This document shows positions 62,721-64,000 of a stretch of 64,000 nt of DNA, in pieces. Numbering within the stretch: position 1 is the stretch's first letter; each line of letters opens with the position of its first letter. The notes beneath the pieces were generated by a model that saw nothing but the letters and a program-made list of their open reading frames with translations, ran no database searches and was not told the DNA's origin. Made by a program: the position numbers and the translations under genes. The stretch lies in IMG/VR virus record IMGVR_UViG_3300037427_004270; one strand, 5' to 3'. This DNA comes from a virus.

Positions 62721-62781
62721 AGTTCACCACCATTTACCACTTTATTCCACAGAATACCACTAAAGTAGCAACCCCTACCAC
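62721..62781 (-). repeat. GTGG direct-repeat array at 10-bp spacing (MraZ-box-like)
   Basis: Minus strand GTGGTATTCT GTGGAATAAA GTGGTAAATG GTGGTGAACT, plus a fifth GTGGT 21 nt further upstream. Confidence 0.75.
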
Positions 62782-62812
62782 AGGGCATGCAAAGCTATCA
62801 CCCATCTTTTAG

Positions 62813-63001
62813 CTACTCATCATCATCTTCTTTATCGGCATCGAGCTCCGCAGCAAGCATCTCTTTAAAGTGTTTAAGCATAGTCTCAGTACCAACAATG
62901 GGCATGCCTTGTATAGACTCAGTTACCATCTTCTGCTCATAGTCTCTTATCCTATACTCAAGGTATTCTATCTTCTTTTCTTTCTCTTCTCTATTAGTCA
63001 T
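62813..63001 (-). CDS. Hypothetical protein (62 aa)
   Basis: Tiled ORF. Confidence 0.65.
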   Translation of the reverse strand: MTNREEKEKKIEYLEYRIRDYEQKMVTESIQGMPIVGTETMLKHFKEMLAAELDADKEDDDE

Positions 63002-63248
63002 CTTCTTCTACTTTCTTTAATTTAAACTCTTGTAGACCATAATGCTCAGGGTTACTCAGTATGTCCCTACACTTGTCTTTCCATATAAGCTTCTGTATGT
63101 ATACTTGTACCCATTGCCTATTCTCATAGGAACCTCTTTGGTCTGGTTCTAGACCTAGCTTCCTTCTCTTATCCTCTGGTACTGAGTTGTACCTTGTACT
63201 ATACTCTGCTTCTACTTCTTTTACTATTTCATTCCAGCTTTTTATCAT
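62994..63248 (-). CDS. Hypothetical protein (84 aa)
   Basis: AGGAG ribosome-binding site; tiled. Confidence 0.65.
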   Translation of the reverse strand: MIKSWNEIVKEVEAEYSTRYNSVPEDKRRKLGLEPDQRGSYENRQWVQVYIQKLIWKDKCRDILSNPEHYGLQEFKLKKVEEDD

Positions 63249-63259
63249 GATACTTACTC

Positions 63260-63520
63260 CTACCCAAGTATAATGTTGTCTGTGTTCTTCATGTACTTTA
63301 CATGTACTAATTCTATTTTATTATTTACTAATACCCTATAGCATTTATTCTTTATATCCCTCGGGTCATTCCATTCTTCTCCCGCCCATTCTAGGACGAT
63401 GCCCACTGTGCCATGTAGTCGCATCTTGCTGAATACTCCAAGCTCTTCGTACAGGCTGTCTCTTGGTGTGGTATCCCTAATGGAAACCAAGTCACCCTTC
63501 TTAAACGTGTTCTCTTGCAT
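63260..63520 (-). CDS. Small SH3/KOW-like protein (86 aa)
   Basis: FKKGDLVSI..VGIVLE..YRVLVNNKIELVH. Confidence 0.7.
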   Translation of the reverse strand: MQENTFKKGDLVSIRDTTPRDSLYEELGVFSKMRLHGTVGIVLEWAGEEWNDPRDIKNKCYRVLVNNKIELVHVKYMKNTDNIILG

Positions 63521-63532
63521 TGGTGTTCTCTC

Positions 63533-64000
63533 TTATAGGTTTATAAGCTTAAAGTATAAGTTCATTCTTCTTATAAACTGACTATGTTTCTTTGTCCATC
63601 CGCCAAACCTTACACCAACGTGGTCCGGGTCGCAATGAAGGTATCCGTTCTCGGTGCATATGGCGACATGGACGAGCTCGTGGACAAAGCTTGTGTTATG
63701 TAATTTGATGTTCTTTGCCCCTCTCGTTGACACCCATATCCTTGCACCATTTCCCAACGTCAACCCATGCAGTGGAGTCTCCCTCAAGAAACGCCCTTTC
63801 GAGTCGTATACGTTTTGCGCGACAAGCTTCCTTGAGCTAAACTCTATCTCAAGAGAGCGCAAGTCGTCTAAGAGTTGTTGCCTTGTCTCGTCCGTGTGGC
63901 AGAAGCCCTCGTCCACCCAAAAGGAATAGAACAAAGATAGACCCATTGCCAAGTCAAACTTGTCAACAGGGAAGAAGCAAGAGTCTTGCTCTAGCGTTGC
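63533..64000 (-). CDS. Zincin-like (HExxH) protein, 5'-truncated at the right window edge
   Basis: SFVHELVHVA; the frame stays open from base 64000, so the start in the ORF track is not the true start. Confidence 0.65.
   Translation of the reverse strand, partial: ATLEQDSCFFPVDKFDLAMGLSLFYSFWVDEGFCHTDETRQQLLDDLRSLEIEFSSRKLVAQNVYDSKGRFLRETPLHGLTLGNGARIWVSTRGAKNIKLHNTSFVHELVHVAICTENGYLHCDPDHVGVRFGGWTKKHSQFIRRMNLYFKLINL

Noticed and set aside
1-64000. tRNA, rRNA, tmRNA, CRISPR array, reverse transcriptase/DGR, integrase
   Set aside because: No T-arm (GTTCGAATC-like) cloverleaf, no regular repeat-spacer array, and no YxDD or tyrosine/serine recombinase motifs were seen by eye. tRNAscan/Infernal would be needed to be certain.
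1-64000. Alternative genetic code (stop-codon reassignment)
   Set aside because: Genes tile densely under the standard code, and TAA, TAG and TGA all end full-length recognisable proteins.

Overview
This window is part of a large (jumbo-scale) tailed myophage genome that probably infects a diderm bacterium; there are weak hints of a Myxococcota/deltaproteobacterial host. It is gene-dense, uses the standard genetic code, and is almost entirely on the minus strand. From left to right it contains: (1) a baseplate module (LamG protein cut by the window edge, gp6-like wedge, gp25-like, a 2469-aa protein, a spike-like protein and an M23 peptidase); (2) a gp55-like sigma factor; (3) a ~15 kb nonulosonic-acid (sialic/pseudaminic-type) synthesis, activation and transfer cluster; (4) a Cas4-like nuclease, PIN-PhoH and a two-gene plus-strand island (lipoprotein protease, J-domain); (5) sigma70-driven single genes (DenV-like, lysine 2,3-aminomutase, outer-membrane beta-barrel); (6) a block of probable capsid-internal proteins with shared leaders, including a ligase-like/HIGH-nucleotidyltransferase fusion; (7) an HNH nuclease and a repeat-rich fibre; (8) an early region of small SH3-like and zincin ORFs. 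The most notable signals are the apparently two-branch nonulosonate glycosylation system with three Maf/GT42-like transferases, a CTATTTA candidate late promoter, an MraZ-box-like GTGG array at 10-bp spacing upstream of a candidate sRNA, and the shared leaders of the internal proteins. I found no tRNA, rRNA, CRISPR array, integrase or reverse transcriptase. All family calls come from motif recognition by eye; no database search was run.
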